NCBI GenBank assembly: GCA_963818475.1
Contig: CAWFSF010000001.1
Span: 256,001-320,000 of the forward strand
Direction of reading: 5' to 3'
Source of the DNA: Nitrospirota bacterium
GTDB lineage: Bacteria; Nitrospirota; UBA9217
Length of the DNA: 64,000 nt
Positions 19,106 through 29,590 of the stretch are shown one piece after another. Under the pieces are notes generated by a model. The model was given only the letters and a program-made list of their open reading frames with translations, was not told the origin of the DNA and did no database searches. Each line of letters begins with the position of its first letter. Positions within the stretch are counted from its first letter, which is position 1. The translations under genes were made by a program, and so were the position numbers.

Positions 19106-19317
19106 AGAGGGTTCCAGTCAGTGATATTTCGGTTGAATTTATTGCAATAAAGAAGACGCCTGTTCGGTCCCGGGATTTTACCTCAGAAGGATGAAGCAGG
19201 AAAAAACATTTCCGCAGATTGCGCGGATGGCCGCAGATTTTCGATAAAATTCCAGATTTTCTTAATCGGTGAAATCTGCGGAATCTGCGGATACGGTCCT
19301 GGCCTGAGACTCTTCCG

Positions 19318-19797
19318 CTAATCCACCACGATAACGGCTATGCCTGCGGCGTGGCTTATGACCTTGTTCGTAACGACACCAATAAGGTGGCGGCTGCCAT
19401 TGCCGCTGCTGTGCCGGCCGAGTACGATCGTATCGAACCCGCCGTCCTTTGCGGCTTCGAGAATGCTGTCGGCAGCGTCAAGGGAGTCGGATATGGTTTT
19501 CCTGCTGATCCCGGCCGCGCTGACCCCCCGGGCAACCAGCAGCTCCGTCGCCTTCCGGAACAGGGGCTCCATTTTCACCAACCGGTCGGCAAGCCATTTG
19601 TCGACCACCTTTTTCCGGTCTTTTTTCTCGTCATCGCTCAGGATATGCCCTTCGTCCCAGAAGATCGCCGGAAGGTTCGGCAGCACATGCACAAGCGTGA
19701 TCTGCAGATCTTTTGCTCCGGAAAACTGTTCTGCCGCATACTCGACCGACTTCATCGAGCTTTTTGATTCATCAAGCGCTATCAGCATTTTGCCCAT
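19318..19797 (-). CDS. Universal stress protein
   Basis: MLIALDES...ITLVHV...DTIVLGRH...GVVTNKV. Confidence 0.9.
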   Translation of the reverse strand: MGKMLIALDESKSSMKSVEYAAEQFSGAKDLQITLVHVLPNLPAIFWDEGHILSDDEKKDRKKVVDKWLADRLVKMEPLFRKATELLVARGVSAAGISRKTISDSLDAADSILEAAKDGGFDTIVLGRHSSGNGSRHLIGVVTNKVISHAAGIAVIVVD

Positions 19798-20225
19798 GCT
19801 AGCCTCCCTGCCGCTGTTCCTGCGGCATCGTTCTGTTCTCGTTGTTTCTTATAATTAAAGGATAGTCCAAATCAGGAAAAAAGGCAAGCAATCTGTCCTC
19901 GCTAAGCTGTCAGCTGATATCGCCCGTGCCGCACGCGCTAAATGTTCGACGATCCAGCGTTATGGCCGCATGCTAAAGCGTCCTCTGGACCGCTTGTTGC
20001 TCGAGCTTCTCCCTGCCATGAGTATGCCGTATCGTACTGCATAGGATCATCAGGAGGCCATATTTAATGAGCTCGATACCGATTGGATCGCGCTGGTCTA
20101 TCCAAACCGGCAGTGAAATAGGCCTTAGCAGCTTCGGAAAATACAGCTTGCTATTTACCGAGCTTTTCCCTAAAGTCTCACAAAATAGAGGAGTTCCCGA
20201 TATAAAAAATATATTATATTTTTTC

Positions 20226-20254
20226 TTGACAATTAACCTATAGGTTAATAGAAT
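20226..20254 (+). promoter_or_regulatory. Promoter with perfect 18-bp palindromic operator
   Basis: TTGACA-N17-TAGAAT; ATTAACCTATAGGTTAAT at 20232-20249. Confidence 0.7.
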
Positions 20255-20654
20255 GTATATACAAAAGATACGAACAAAAGAGGGCTGTGCCTGGCGGATA
20301 TACGCGGTGTGTTCGGACCGGGGCGATTGTCAAGTTGTGGAATTCCTTTCTGACCAACCTTCAAATTTAGAAGCCAACAGAGACAGACTAATTGCCCTCT
20401 TCGACTATGTAGTGGAAAAGGGGCCGCGTTTATTGCCGGAGGACAGGTGTCATCAGTTAGCGGATGATATCTGGGAGTTCATCGCCGGCAGGCTTCGCAT
20501 TGCCTGGTTTTACGATGAGGGAAAACTTATTGTCTGCACACATGGCTTTGTAAAGAAATCGCAAAAGACAAAAAAGTCGGACATACAAAGAGCAGTGGAT
20601 GCAAAAAAACTCTACTTTAAAGAAAAAGAACAAAACAACGTAATATCGACTTAA
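20253..20654 (+). CDS. RelE/HigB-like (Gp49/DUF891) toxin
   Basis: DDIWEFIAGRLRIAWFYDEGKLIVCTHGFVKKSQKT. Confidence 0.85.
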   Translation: MYIQKIRTKEGCAWRIYAVCSDRGDCQVVEFLSDQPSNLEANRDRLIALFDYVVEKGPRLLPEDRCHQLADDIWEFIAGRLRIAWFYDEGKLIVCTHGFVKKSQKTKKSDIQRAVDAKKLYFKEKEQNNVIST

Positions 20655-20671
20655 AAACGGGGAATAAAACG

Positions 20672-21070
20672 ATGAAGAAGAAATCTCTCGACGCACTGTT
20701 TGAATCTGTTAAAACAAAAGACACTTACTGGACGAGCAGGGCGATACTGGAGTTTACGTCAGATCTTTACCAACTCATGAAGCAACGGGGTAAGACCAAA
20801 GCAGACACGGCACGCGTTCTCAAAACCAGTCAGGCATATATGACGAAAGTCTTTAAAGGCGATGTCAATTTTACCATTGATTCCATGGTCCGTCTCACCC
20901 GGGCGCTGGGCGGGAAGGTTCATATCCACGTCGTTGCCGATAATGTCGATGTACGATGGTTCGATGTGATTAAAGGAGAAAAGAAAACAGCGGCGTCCTG
21001 GAAACCGAACGAGTTCGAAAAAATCACAAGCGAGGGATCGAACGATGTCAAAGAGCCCATTGCGGCTTGA
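20672..21070 (+). CDS. HigA-like HTH antitoxin with C-terminal extension (ChAD-like)
   Basis: ADTARVLKTSQAYMTKVFKGDVNFTIDSMVRL HTH followed by a ~40-aa aromatic-containing tail. Confidence 0.8.
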   Translation: MKKKSLDALFESVKTKDTYWTSRAILEFTSDLYQLMKQRGKTKADTARVLKTSQAYMTKVFKGDVNFTIDSMVRLTRALGGKVHIHVVADNVDVRWFDVIKGEKKTAASWKPNEFEKITSEGSNDVKEPIAA

Positions 21071-21494
21071 GAAATATTTCTGGACCGAAGTCACCTTAAA
21101 AGCAAATCCGAATTTCAAACCTGAGGATTTTAAGGATGGCAACATAGACTTCACCAGTAAATCAAACGTGAAAGTCGGGACGAGTAAAAAGAACCCGCAT
21201 GAATTTCAGGTCATGCTCAATGTTAAGATAGAGCCGGTGGATGAGCGGCCGCTGCCCTATGATGCTACACTCGAGCTGGTTGGGTTCTTCAACGTCGACA
21301 CTGTGATTGCCGCTGATGCAGCCACCAACCTTGCGCGCGTGACCGGCGCTTCAATCCTCTACAGCGCCGCTCGCGAATTTCTCCTTACTCTCATGAGCCG
21401 CGGCCCCTGGGAGCCGCTTATGCTGCCGACAATTTCGTTCACTGAGTTGGCGCAGAAGAAGCAGGGGAAAAAGGAGATGGCGGGAAAACTATAG
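21045..21494 (+). CDS. SecB-like chaperone
   Basis: PYDATLELVGFF...GASILYSAAREFLLTLMSRGPWEPLMLPTISF. Confidence 0.85.
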   Translation: MSKSPLRLEKYFWTEVTLKANPNFKPEDFKDGNIDFTSKSNVKVGTSKKNPHEFQVMLNVKIEPVDERPLPYDATLELVGFFNVDTVIAADAATNLARVTGASILYSAAREFLLTLMSRGPWEPLMLPTISFTELAQKKQGKKEMAGKL

Positions 21495-21781
21495 ATCAAT
21501 CAGGCGTCGAATATTTCAAGACCCTGCTCAACCGAAGTCCGATGTTATGCGTCGGATACCCCTGTAGGTTAAGCGGGGGGTACCCGGCGCGAACGATCCT
21601 CAGACCATGTCCCTTCCAATCGATTTAAACCATATTTAAACGTCCATTATGCTTGTAAATGGTCCTTGCACTACAAACTCAACAAGCTCGGATGAGCAGT
21701 GACCCTCCAAGTCTCTGCTTCCTTTGCCCAAAACTCATTTTCATATATTTTCTGAAAGGGATACTGAAATATCCTGGGGAC

Positions 21782-21917
21782 AGCCGTTCCTCCAAAGTGC
21801 TCTCCTCAGTGCTAATTCCGGTTGCGTATCCCTTGCCCTGTTTGCGCTCATGACCCTAGACGTACTTTCTCTTAGTGGCAGAGGGGCACGTCCGTCTCTT
21901 ACATATAAATGTTTCAT
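21782..21917 (-). pseudogene. Truncated Vsr-type (very-short-patch repair) endonuclease
   Basis: YVRDGRAPLP...TSRVMSANRARDTQPELALRRALWRNG, then similarity breaks off. Confidence 0.75.
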
Positions 21918-22106
21918 ATTGCTCGCTCGGATATCTTGCACATGCTTGTAACTTACTTGCATTTGTCGCATTGCTTATCAGACATTTATTATGGTATCAG
22001 CGTATCGATAGTACAGGGCTGTTGAAAATGCAAGTGGAAAGGACACAAGGAGCAGAAACAACAAAGGGGATGACATTCGTCATCCCCTTTCTCGAAGGCT
22101 TGATTC

Positions 22107-23219
22107 TTACTTTGCTTTCGCCTTTACCGGTTCATACGTGCAGAACGGCTCGGCCGCAAGATAGTCGCCGGATATGGCAAAGGCCCGGGCGCGGCAGCCG
22201 CCGCAGACCCGGCGGTACTCGCAGATGCCGCACTTGCCGTGGTAGTGATCGAGGTCGCGCATTTCGAGGAACAGCTTCGACTCTTCCCATATCTTCGAGA
22301 ACGGCTCTTTCCTGATGTCGCCGGCCTCTTCTTCGAGGAACCCGCAGATCTGGACCTTGCCCATGTGCGACACGAAGGCGAAGCTCTGGCCGCCCATGCA
22401 GCCCTTGGTCATGGCGTCGAAGCCGTGGGACGCCGGGGTGACGACCTTGCCCTTTTCCTTCTCGCCCTGGCGGAAGATGCGGTAGTAGTGCGGCGCGCAG
22501 GTGGGCTTGAACTGGATCGGCACCTTGTCGCGCATCTCGTAGAACCACTTGAGCGTGCTTTCATACTCCGCGGGCGGGATCTCCTGGTCGATCAGCTCCT
22601 TGCCGCGGCCCGTGGGAACGAGCAGGAAGGGGTGGTACGCGACCGCCCCCAGCCCGATCACCATCTCGAGCAGCTTCGGCAGGTCCTTGACGTTGTGCTT
22701 GGTGATGGTCGTGTTCACCTGGAACTCCATGCCGACCTTTTTGAAGTTCTCGATGGCCTTCATCACGCCTTCGAAGGCGCCTTCCACGCGGCGGAAGGCA
22801 TTGTGGCTCTTGGCGTCCAGGCCGTCGATCGAAAGCGACACGCGCATGATGCCCGAGTCCTTCATCTTCTGAGCAAGCTCCTCGGTCACGAGCAGACCGC
22901 AGGGGGCCATGACCATGCGCAGACCGATCTTCGTGCCGTATTTGGCGATATCGTAGATGTCCGCCCGCATCATGGGCTCGCCGCCGGTCAGGATGATGAT
23001 CGGATCGCTGAAGGACTTGACATCGTCCAGGAACCGGAAGCATTCTTCGGTGTTCAGTTCGCCGGGATAGGGTCCGTAGCGGGCTGCAGCGCGGCAATGG
23101 ACGCAGTTCAGGACGCAGCTCCGGGTGACCTCCCAGGCAATGAGCCTCGGCAGGTATTTCTTGGGGCCGCCGGGATGGCTCAGTACGTCCGGCTGATTGG
23201 TCGTAGAGGGATGAGACAT
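22107..23219 (-). CDS. ahbD: Radical SAM heme synthase (alternative heme pathway)
   Basis: LIAWEVTRSCVLNCVHCRAAA, FLLVPTGRG, PTCAPHYYR, SPASM cysteines. Confidence 0.85.
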   Translation of the reverse strand: MSHPSTTNQPDVLSHPGGPKKYLPRLIAWEVTRSCVLNCVHCRAAARYGPYPGELNTEECFRFLDDVKSFSDPIIILTGGEPMMRADIYDIAKYGTKIGLRMVMAPCGLLVTEELAQKMKDSGIMRVSLSIDGLDAKSHNAFRRVEGAFEGVMKAIENFKKVGMEFQVNTTITKHNVKDLPKLLEMVIGLGAVAYHPFLLVPTGRGKELIDQEIPPAEYESTLKWFYEMRDKVPIQFKPTCAPHYYRIFRQGEKEKGKVVTPASHGFDAMTKGCMGGQSFAFVSHMGKVQICGFLEEEAGDIRKEPFSKIWEESKLFLEMRDLDHYHGKCGICEYRRVCGGCRARAFAISGDYLAAEPFCTYEPVKAKAK

Positions 23220-23482
23220 GGTATATAAACTCCTTCATTGGAAATTGGAAGTTGAAGATTGGAAATTGCAAAAAAAAAGAGAGGGAGTTCGACACCGTCA
23301 ATTTAAAATTTCTAATTTTCAATCTTCACTTTTCAATTGTGCGTATCTCAGCGCACCCATTTTACCCAATCAGGCGGAAATAGTAAAGACCAAATTCATC
23401 CAGGTTGCAGGAGCGGCTATTGCGCAACCTCGTCCACATAACCCCGGCCAGGTGATGACATCGGGAAGGGCAGGTTTGAAGG

Positions 23483-24298
23483 TCAGAATTGCCAGTCCCT
23501 TTGCCAGTAAACGCCGAGCACTATCAGACCGAATACGATCCGGTAATATGCGAAGCTTTTGAAGTCATGTCTTGAAACGAATTTTAGAAAGGCTTTTACG
23601 ACGATGACCGCAGACAGGAATGCCGTAACAAAACCAACGATAAAGAACGGGACGTCCGACACTGAAAGGACAGCTCTGTTCCTGACCAGGTCATACCCGG
23701 TTGCGGCGAACATCGTCGGGATTGCCAGGAAGAACGAAAACTCCGCCGCGACCTTACGTTCCAGCCCGATGACCAGCCCGCCCATGATGGTAGCTCCAGA
23801 GCGGGAGACTCCCGGGAATAAGGAAAGACATTGGGCCAATCCGATCCCGGCTGCCTGTCTCAGCGTTAACTCATCGATGCTGTTCACATGACTGCACTGC
23901 GTCTTCCGTTCGATCAGGAGGATGGCAAACCCTCCGGCCACCAGAGCCGCCGCAACCGTGACCGGATTAAACAGATATGCCTTGATCGCCTTGTGCAAGA
24001 GGAGACCAAAAACAGCCGACGGCAAAAAGGCCACAATGAGATTCAAGGTGAATCTTCGGGCGTCTTCGCGCAGTGGTATTTCCCGGATGACACCTGACAG
24101 TTTTTCACGGTAGAGCCAGACTATCGATAGTATCGCCCCCAACTGGATGAATATCTCAAATACCTTGGCCCTCTCATCATCCAGTCCCAGCAGGTTACCC
24201 GCGAGAATAAGGTGACCCGTTGATGATACCGGGATGAACTCAGTGATCCCTTCCACGATGCCGAGGAACAATCCCTTGAAAAGAAGAAGCAGATCCAT
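23483..24298 (-). CDS. uppP: Undecaprenyl-diphosphate phosphatase
   Basis: EGITEFIPVSSTGHL, PGVSRSGATI. Confidence 0.95.
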   Translation of the reverse strand: MDLLLLFKGLFLGIVEGITEFIPVSSTGHLILAGNLLGLDDERAKVFEIFIQLGAILSIVWLYREKLSGVIREIPLREDARRFTLNLIVAFLPSAVFGLLLHKAIKAYLFNPVTVAAALVAGGFAILLIERKTQCSHVNSIDELTLRQAAGIGLAQCLSLFPGVSRSGATIMGGLVIGLERKVAAEFSFFLAIPTMFAATGYDLVRNRAVLSVSDVPFFIVGFVTAFLSAVIVVKAFLKFVSRHDFKSFAYYRIVFGLIVLGVYWQRDWQF

Positions 24299-24479
24299 GT
24301 TTGCGTATCTCCTGTTTTTTTGAAACGAAGCTGCACTATACCCGCTTTTGCACACTGTTTCAATAGATGCTCCGGAAAAACCGGCAAGAATTAGAAAATA
24401 AGAAAAAAAGCCCCCTGAAAAATTTCCAGGGGGCTTTGCACATGATCATCTATTTTTTAATGCTGATGCCGCATAAAAG

Positions 24480-26570
24480 CTACATCGGAAGAGTGCTCAT
24501 ATCATGGCAGCCACCGCAATTGTTGGTATACGGCACCGGCATCGGATCACTGGTCGGTGTAGCACTGCTCTTAAGAGGTACGTCGAACAGATGCGAGCTG
24601 ATGTCGCCCTGGAAATACTTTATCAACGCATTCGAGCTGTGCGTCTTGGCAGTCGTCGCATTGCTTCCCGCCCCGCTGCTCGAGGTCTTTGTGCTGTGAC
24701 AATCAATGCACTTGGTGCTCCCGCCCATGGATGTGCCGGTCTTTGCGGTCATATGCGCGACCACTTCCACGGTTATATGGCACGAGGTGCAAAGACTGTT
24801 ATCCGAGGTACCGGAAAGCTGGTGTTTGTCCGATCCCGGAGCGTGCGGATTATGACAGCTTGCGCACGTCTTGAGCGAATCACCGTTCCGGTACTTCTTC
24901 GTCTGGATGAAATCCGTATACTGCTGATGGTGAGACTTGGAATGCTTGTTGTCTCCCCAGAAATCGCCCGCGGAGACCGATGCGTCATGACGGCTCGTGT
25001 TTTGAGCCAGGAAGTCCGCTCTGCTGGTTCCCGCAACCATCATCTTGTTTTGCTGGTTGAGCGGCGAATCCTTCTTGATGTTGAAAGAATCATTACCCTG
25101 GGGCCTGCTGTGGCACTGGGCGCAGATGTTGCTCGCGCGCTCGGGCGTGATGTTCGACGGAGACACGATAAACTTGCCCGCGCCGCCTGCATTAACATGC
25201 TCGGAACCGGGGCCGTGGCAGGTTTCGCAGCCAATATTCATCTCCTGCGTTGTCCCGGACACCGGATGCATCTCCGCGTTCACGTCCAGAACCGCTTGAG
25301 CTACATATTGGGTCCCGCTGCCTCCGGTAACCACGGCAACGGAGTAGCCATTGTAGTGGCACGGCGCGCACTGGACGTCAAAGCTGTTTGACGCTGCCGG
25401 AATGGTCTTGAAGGTCATGTTTGCCGGAGTCGTGGGGGTGCCTGTCGTGGCGTCAAACTGCCCGGCGCCCAAAATACCGTTCACCCACCAGTCAAGATGA
25501 TAATCACGCCATACTTTCCGGGTCCGGGACGTGGAACTCTCGCTCCCGGCAGTATTGTACTGAAGCGGGATCATGTACAAGCTGCTCCCTACCACGGTCA
25601 TATACCGCTGCTTATAAAGGCCGCCGCCGTAGGTCATGGCAACCTCATGGGTCTGGGGGCTGTTCGGGTCGCTGGGATTGATGACGTTCGTGAACTCTGC
25701 CTTGTATTTGTTGTCTGCGGCATCCCTGTATACCCTCAACGTGGCGTACACGGTTCCGGATGAGGTTTTCGATGTCTTGAACTTGTCAAACTTGCGGGTC
25801 CCGTTGGCATCGGAGAAGTAAATCATGGTTCCGCCTGCGCCGGGGGTCCCAATCGTGGTGGTTGTGCCTGAGACGAACTCCTCCGAAAGCGCCGTGTTAA
25901 AGGTGCTGAATTCAGACAAGTCCTGCAGCCCGCTCGGAGCGCCTGGCGTCATGATGCCGAGTTTGTGCAAGGTCTGTTTTTCGGTTGTATACGTTGTGTG
26001 GCATCCCAGACAAGCCGACGATCCCACAAATGTGGCGGACGCGGAAGGCGTGGTGGAAACTTCGACCGACGTTTCCACGCCGTTCAGGGATGAGCCGGCC
26101 GCGGAATTGCGGCATTTGCTGCCGCCGGGCAAATGGGTCGCGTTCGCGGGCTTTACGTAGATGAAGTACTTATCCGCTGCGACCAGATCTTCAGTGAACA
26201 CGACCTTTCCGGAAGCATCTGTTACCGCATTCTTATACGTGGAGACCCCTCCACCGGCAGGCGTATAATTCCCGTTGATCAAATCTTCGAGAGGCTCATC
26301 TGCCGCAAGCGCCGAGGTGGTGTAGGTTCCGTTCGACATCACGAGAGGAACGGTGCTTATTTCGGAGACATCAGCCGCTGGTATCGCATATACCGTGGCC
26401 CCTTCCACACTTGTTCCTGCCGTGTCCTTAACAACGAACGTCGGCTTGATCGGCGCTGCTGCCGGCGTATCGCTATTGTTGCCGCTGCAGCCCGCAAAGG
26501 CCAGCGCAGAGATGAGGACTAATGCCATCACACTGCTCAGCTTGTGTCGTGTTCGTGTACTCATTAGCAT
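24480..26570 (-). CDS. Octaheme c-type cytochrome lipoprotein
   Basis: Lipobox FAGC; 8 CxxCH motifs; GGGLYKQRY motif. Confidence 0.9.
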   Translation of the reverse strand: MLMSTRTRHKLSSVMALVLISALAFAGCSGNNSDTPAAAPIKPTFVVKDTAGTSVEGATVYAIPAADVSEISTVPLVMSNGTYTTSALAADEPLEDLINGNYTPAGGGVSTYKNAVTDASGKVVFTEDLVAADKYFIYVKPANATHLPGGSKCRNSAAGSSLNGVETSVEVSTTPSASATFVGSSACLGCHTTYTTEKQTLHKLGIMTPGAPSGLQDLSEFSTFNTALSEEFVSGTTTTIGTPGAGGTMIYFSDANGTRKFDKFKTSKTSSGTVYATLRVYRDAADNKYKAEFTNVINPSDPNSPQTHEVAMTYGGGLYKQRYMTVVGSSLYMIPLQYNTAGSESSTSRTRKVWRDYHLDWWVNGILGAGQFDATTGTPTTPANMTFKTIPAASNSFDVQCAPCHYNGYSVAVVTGGSGTQYVAQAVLDVNAEMHPVSGTTQEMNIGCETCHGPGSEHVNAGGAGKFIVSPSNITPERASNICAQCHSRPQGNDSFNIKKDSPLNQQNKMMVAGTSRADFLAQNTSRHDASVSAGDFWGDNKHSKSHHQQYTDFIQTKKYRNGDSLKTCASCHNPHAPGSDKHQLSGTSDNSLCTSCHITVEVVAHMTAKTGTSMGGSTKCIDCHSTKTSSSGAGSNATTAKTHSSNALIKYFQGDISSHLFDVPLKSSATPTSDPMPVPYTNNCGGCHDMSTLPM

Positions 26571-26829
26571 ATTCTCCTTTTTAAATGGCAATCATTACCG
26601 CTTCAACTGCTGCTTGGATTCTTTTCTGTTGTTCTCCTTATTCTCACCCCCTGCATTATCGTAGTCTCGTCACTATACCTGCGATAGCCGTTTATTCTCG
26701 ATACGCATAGTAATGGTCAGAAGCAATTGATCAAGTGACATTCTCTACAACAAAAGAGTGTGCATTGAACTGAATTTCACATGAGGAAAAATGCGTTCCA
26801 TTCCGGATAGCAGGGCCGGGCTGATCATG

Positions 26830-26913
26830 TCAGACGCTCCCCACATACAGCAGAACTCGGAGCATACCGGCAACATAGAGCAGGATCAAAATGATAAGAA
26901 ACTTTTTTTGCAC
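26830..26913 (-). CDS. Putative 27-aa hydrophobic small protein
   Basis: SD GGAGG then GTG; MQKKFLIILILLYVAGMLRVLLYVGSV. Confidence 0.35.
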   Translation of the reverse strand: MQKKFLIILILLYVAGMLRVLLYVGSV

Positions 26914-27294
26914 ACGATCCTCCCTGCAACGTTATGAGAATCACCATCCGATAAAAAGGAAATCAGCACGCTCTGACTATACAACTCGGATACAGCACGC
27001 ACAAGAGAAGCGTTCTTCAGGAATATTCACAGGATGTGAAGAATATTTCACAGGGGGGGGTACATAGGAAGGGACGAAAAAACGGATGACGGGAGCGAGA
27101 ATGCGATTCAGCCCTCGATCCTGACGATTCGTTTGCAGAACACATCTAGCAGGTCGATGGTGGAGGCGTTGAAACGCTATGCTTCCCGCGGGGAGCTGTC
27201 AAGTAACGTTCTTTTCAATGAGTGCGAAAGGAGGTGAGATGAAACCAACACAGGGCGTCTGCGTTCGGATAGCGGTCAGGACAAGGTGAAGAAC

Positions 27295-27948
27295 TTATTG
27301 ATCGGTGAGATGTTTATCAATCATTTTGAGGCACTGTGCGGCCTTATCGCCTTCCCCGGTCAGGACATAGGACTTTTCACGGTCCTGCCCTATGATCCCG
27401 GCCTCCCTCAGGATCTTCAGGTGGAAGAGTACTTTCGTGTGGTCCTCGATGGAAAGCTCGCGCGCAAGCTCCATGAGCCGCATAGCTTTTCTGGATACGA
27501 TCAAACGAATGATCTGCGTGCGAATGGGGTTCGAGAGCGCGCTCAGGACGGCGTCGAGGTCTTTGCTCCCGCCGCATTCCTGAACACGGGCCTCTTCCAG
27601 GACGCGCCTTACGGTGGTAAGGAGTTCATTGATCTTGAAGGGTTTCGAAATATAGTCATAGGCGCCTCGCTTCATGGCATCCACGGCATTTTCGACGGTC
27701 GCAAACGCGGTTATCATGATGACTTTCGACCGGGGCGCCACTTTCCTTATTTCCACGAGTGCGTCGGCGCCGCCGCCATTCGGCATGATCATGTCCAGCA
27801 GGATCACGTCGTACGCTCCGGGGGCCGCCTTCATCACGGCTTCGCTGCCCGATGAGGCCTCGTCAATATGATACCCCGCGCCCTTCAATATATCGACAAG
27901 GTGGGCTCTGAGCTCGTTATCGTCGTCAACGACCAGAATACGCTTCAT
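27295..27948 (-). CDS. Response regulator with ArsR-like HTH
   Basis: REC domain (VVDD, LLDMIMP, KP) plus LSALSNPIRTQII...HLKILREAG. Confidence 0.9.
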   Translation of the reverse strand: MKRILVVDDDNELRAHLVDILKGAGYHIDEASSGSEAVMKAAPGAYDVILLDMIMPNGGGADALVEIRKVAPRSKVIMITAFATVENAVDAMKRGAYDYISKPFKINELLTTVRRVLEEARVQECGGSKDLDAVLSALSNPIRTQIIRLIVSRKAMRLMELARELSIEDHTKVLFHLKILREAGIIGQDREKSYVLTGEGDKAAQCLKMIDKHLTDQ

Positions 27949-27957
27949 AATTATTTC

Positions 27958-29380
27958 TTATTTCCTCTCCGGGATCGTGATCGTAACTATAGTTCCCTTG
28001 CCCTTCATGCTGGAGACATCGATCGTTCCGTGGTGATCTTTTATGATGCCGTAACAGATGGAGAGGCCGAGCCCCGTTCCCGATCCTGGTTCCTTTGTGG
28101 TAAAAAAGGGATCGAAGACCCGGGTGAGATTTCCTTCCGGGATTCCCGGCCCCGTGTCCTCGATGCGGACGCGAACATCCGCCTTTGAGCGCGAGGTCAC
28201 GATGGAGATCGTCCCCCCTTTGGGCATTGCTTCCACCGCATTGGACAGGATGTTGATAATGACCTGCTCCAGCTTGCCCGGCATCACCGAGCACCTCCGG
28301 GACAGCGGCCAGATCCTGCCGGATAAGGATATTCCTGAGTTTGTATTGCAGGAGCGTCATCGCTCCCCGAATGATGCTATTCATGTTCACGGGAGAGAAT
28401 TCCGATTCGCGCTGGCGTGAGAACTGCAAGAGCTCACGGGCGATCATGGATGCCTTATCGATGTTTCGCTCCACCGCGTCGAGCTTTTCGACGATCTCGC
28501 CCCCGCTGGTGACGGCTGCAAATTTCAGTTTCAGCGTCTGGATCCCCAGCGATGCGTTGGTCAATGGATTATTGATCTCATGCGCGATCCCCGCCGCGAG
28601 CTGTCCGAGCGAAGTCAGTTTTTCCGTCTGAACAAGATGCCTTGTCTGCTGCTCGATCCTCTTGCGCATTTCAATGTTGAAAACGTTCAGCGCCTTGATG
28701 ATAAAGTAGGTGATAACAATGGCGGTGAGCCCCCGTAAGAGTTCGATCGGGAAGGGAAGGGGGATGATCGAGAACCGGGTGACAAAAACGCCGGCAAAGA
28801 CGCCGTAAAATATAAAAGCAACCCCGGCGTACCATAAATGGCGCGAGACAGACCGGCTCAAAACCTTTATTTCGTGTGAATACGCCATCAGCCCGTAAGC
28901 GGTGAGCGATGCTCCGGTAAGACAAAAAATCAAGCGCGCGCTCTTCTCCGTTTGCCCCAGGAACCTCATGGTCATGGTGGAGTCGCGCGACGTTATGAAG
29001 GCAACCCATGCAAGGACGAGTACCGCGGGGATAAAATTGGACCAGAGCGAACGTTTATTGCGGGTACTGAGCGTCAGGGCGAGGCCGAACTGAAGCAAAA
29101 ATAAAAAGGACAGGACCAGAACGACAAGGGAAACGAGTTTCGCATTGAGGAGCTCCTCCATCGAGAGATGGGCACCCTCGATCAACGGGTACAATGCCAA
29201 CAGTTCGTGCAAGCCATGCGTGAGGCCGAACATGCCGAGCAGCCAGAGGCTGTCGGCAAGCTTTAAGTCGCTGCCCTTCATGTCCTTGACGAAGATGGCG
29301 AAGCTCAGGAAGAGGAACGCGGACCCATAGAGGAAATAGATAAAATATTCCGTCGGGATATTTATGAAATAATTAAGCAT
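27958..29380 (-). CDS. Membrane sensor histidine kinase (frameshift near 28285)
   Basis: Multi-TM N-terminus, AHEINNPL, then HATPase in ORF 27958..28287. Confidence 0.88.
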
Positions 29381-29590
29381 GAAGTTCCAGCCCCGGCAAG
29401 TCGCAGGGTTGAATTTGAAGATGACTCATAAAGAATTATACGAATGAAAAACAAGGAATGCAAGTCTTATCGGGTCGTTACCGGGTCTTCCGAAGGTTAT
29501 TCCCTGTCCGGTCGGCTGCTGAAAACCTTAAAACGTCATTGCGAGGAACGACATCTGCAGCGAGGTGATCCAGGAATGCGCGCGGACAGG

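Noticed and set aside
19900-20150. Possible degraded ORF upstream of the TAC module
   Set aside because: The frames I translated are interrupted by stops and show no recognisable motif.
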